Source: Octopus sinensis (Eukaryota). Taken from it: a stretch of 64,000 nt of DNA. The stretch's first letter is position 1. Every line of letters starts with the position of its first letter. Location: NCBI RefSeq assembly GCF_006345805.1, contig NC_043000.1:35588001-35652000 (forward strand). The letters run 5' to 3'. This document shows, piece by piece, positions 62,052-64,000 of the stretch. The notes under the pieces are model-generated. The model ran no database searches. It saw nothing but the letters and a program-made list of their open reading frames with translations, and had not been told where the DNA came from. Made by a program: the position numbers and the translations under genes.

Positions 62052-62550
62052 ATGAAAAGGGGAAGGCAAAAATCCTTTAGAACTTTGACTTCCATACAGA
62101 CAGAGCACCGAAGGCTGGATATATTAACCTTTAAAAGGGACAAACAAGAGTGCCTAATAATCACCGTGGCAGTGCCAGGAGATCAACATATTATCATGAA
62201 AGAAAGAGGAAAAGTTAATAAATATGGAGACCTGAGAATTGAGATTGCTAAGATGTGGCAGCTACGGGAGTCAAACATAAAAGTTATCTCTGTTGTCATT
62301 GGAGCATTGGCTTCAATACCACCCAATCTGAAAAAATATCTGAAAACTTTAAAGATATCCTACAATCTAGATGTATTGCAAAAGTCAGCATTACTTGGAA
62401 CTGTACACATATTGCATTAAAGTACAATCTGTTTGAGGTCCTTGTTGCGATTTGACAAACAGTACAAATCCCCCGGTAGATACAATATCTTCAATCAACA
62501 ACCTCATGATATTGTATACTGTGCAATGTCTATAACAACAACAACAACAA
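62052..62550 (+). mobile_element. R4/Dong-clade LINE 3' end (restriction-like endonuclease C-terminus)
   Basis: TEHRRLDIL...CLIITVAVPGDQHIIMKERGKVNKYGDLRIEIAKMW...VISVVIGALASIP...LQKSALLGTVHIL, matching the R4/Dong RPDI...D...KxxKY...VVIGALG...LQKxxLLGT pattern. (AAC)n tail at ~62533. Confidence 0.8.
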
Positions 62551-62824
62551 TAATGGTCATTTCCATCGATTTCAATGTGTGAGTGTTTGAAGGAGAGGAT
62601 TTAAAGATAAAAAAGTGGGAAAAGGAAAACCCTTTTTAAGAAGAAAAGAAGCTGCATCTATTTGTGATGGATGGATGAATGTGATTTGAGTCCAGGAATG
62701 GATTTTGTTAGGAAGTCAAAATGAGGACATTGAAGATTTTGGTTTTGCCTAGGATTGGGGAAAACATGTCTGTTGATTGCAGAATTCTTTTATTGTTCTT
62801 TTTCTTCGTCTCAAATTGTTTTGA

Positions 62825-63800
62825 TGTTGGGATAAAATTTCAATCTTGTTGATGCTGAGAGTCAGTCCAAATGCAAGGAGCTACCATAACAAACCTGTTG
62901 AGTATTTTCTGAATTCCCTCAAATAAAGGAAAAATCAGAGCACAATCAGCAAAAAGAAACTCACATGGAATCATTTCTTTGTTTTTTTTTTTCTTTGATT
63001 TGAAACTTTGCCCCTTCAGGTTAAGTAGACCTCCTTCTGTGTGTAATTGGAATTTTACACTTCCATGGTAATCCCTGAAAGCATGTTGGAACATCGTTGT
63101 AAAGAATATGGAAAAATTCAGGAGCTAAAACACAGCCCTGTTTGGTTCCACTGGCAACAGAAAATGTCTCTGAACATTAACTACAAGATGTCACTGGTGG
63201 TATCATTCCTTTATGCAGGGATACTATCACCTTTATCATTTTATCAGGAAGACCAACTTTTGACAAAACTTTCTGAGGGCCTAATACTAAACAAAAAGGG
63301 ACAATACATCACAAAGAACAAGTGGGGCTTAGTACAAAAGTTTGTGTATAAAATTGAAACAGGGACAATTAACAACAACAATCAACAATCAAATGCCCCA
63401 AATGATGAGGTGGGGAGTTTGACACAGGGATAACCAAGGAACCCCACATATCCTGACTACTCCAATTGCCAGGGGCACCTCAGCAAGTGCCTTTCTCCTT
63501 CTCAACTCCTCTTTCAGTTTACAAGCATATGTTCAGAGTAGGCCTGTTCACGTGGGTCATCTTCACAACGTTTACCCACCTTTCAACTAAATTTACTGGT
63601 GGGGTGGGGGTGGGCAATGCTTCCCACTCCACCCTCACTTTTCTTTTCAAGTGGAATTTGAAAATGTTGATTCGGGCTTGTTTGAAGAGGAAAGAATCTG
63701 TCATCAGTCCTTTCAGCCTCATCCACGAAACTTTGCCATAGCCACCAGAGGTAAACTGCCTTCTCTTCTCAGCCAAAAGAAGGCGGTGGGGTGTCTTCAC
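62825..63800 (-). mobile_element. Degenerate RTE (BovB-like) LINE RT region
   Basis: KVGLPDKMIKVIVSLHKGM...KQGCVLAP...MFQHAF...EFLFADCAL...GIQKILNRF (RT domains 3-6). Upstream VERWVNV..VNRP linker. Confidence 0.75.
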
Positions 63801-64000
63801 AATGGACTTGACTGATAACCAGAATAATAACAATGATGATTTCAAATTTTGGCACAAGGCCAGCAGTTCCAGGGAAGTGGGTAAGTTGATTACATCAAGC
63901 CCCAGTATACAACTGGTTCTTATGTTATCGACCCTGGAAGTATGAAAGGCAAATTTGACCATGGTGGAATTTGAACTCAGAACTTTAAGACTGACAAAAT

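Noticed and set aside
63047-63433. 128-aa plus-strand ORF
   Set aside because: Antisense to the degenerate RTE reverse transcriptase on the minus strand.

Overview
AT-rich, microsatellite- and repeat-dense eukaryotic genomic DNA, most likely Octopus (inferred from the tRNA-derived SINE families and RTE LINE tails; not database-confirmed). The only gene I can identify with confidence is BRK1 (BRICK1/HSPC300, WAVE complex subunit) on the + strand. It has three coding exons (26101-26221, 37444-37526, 48754-48780), giving 76 aa spread over about 22.7 kb. A well-signalled orphan exon of an unidentified minus-strand gene lies at 309-441. The rest is mobile-element debris: several SINE families, RTE LINEs of three types, R4/Dong and CR1-like fragments, Penelope-like elements (PLEs), Helitrons, hAT and piggyBac MITEs, and possible solo LTRs. 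The most interesting signal is RNA-structural. There are four complete or near-complete minimal hammerhead-ribozyme-like motifs and one half motif, belonging to different PLE-type repeats. One sits behind a tRNA-like Pol III head, and two carry a CCGANGA (U4C) core. The RTE 3' UTR also contains a variable-number array of ~61-bp units, each with two conserved hairpins. Most long ORFs in the supplied track are artefacts of microsatellites, VNTRs or antisense LINE sequence. Repeat boundaries are approximate unless a TSD or TIR is quoted.
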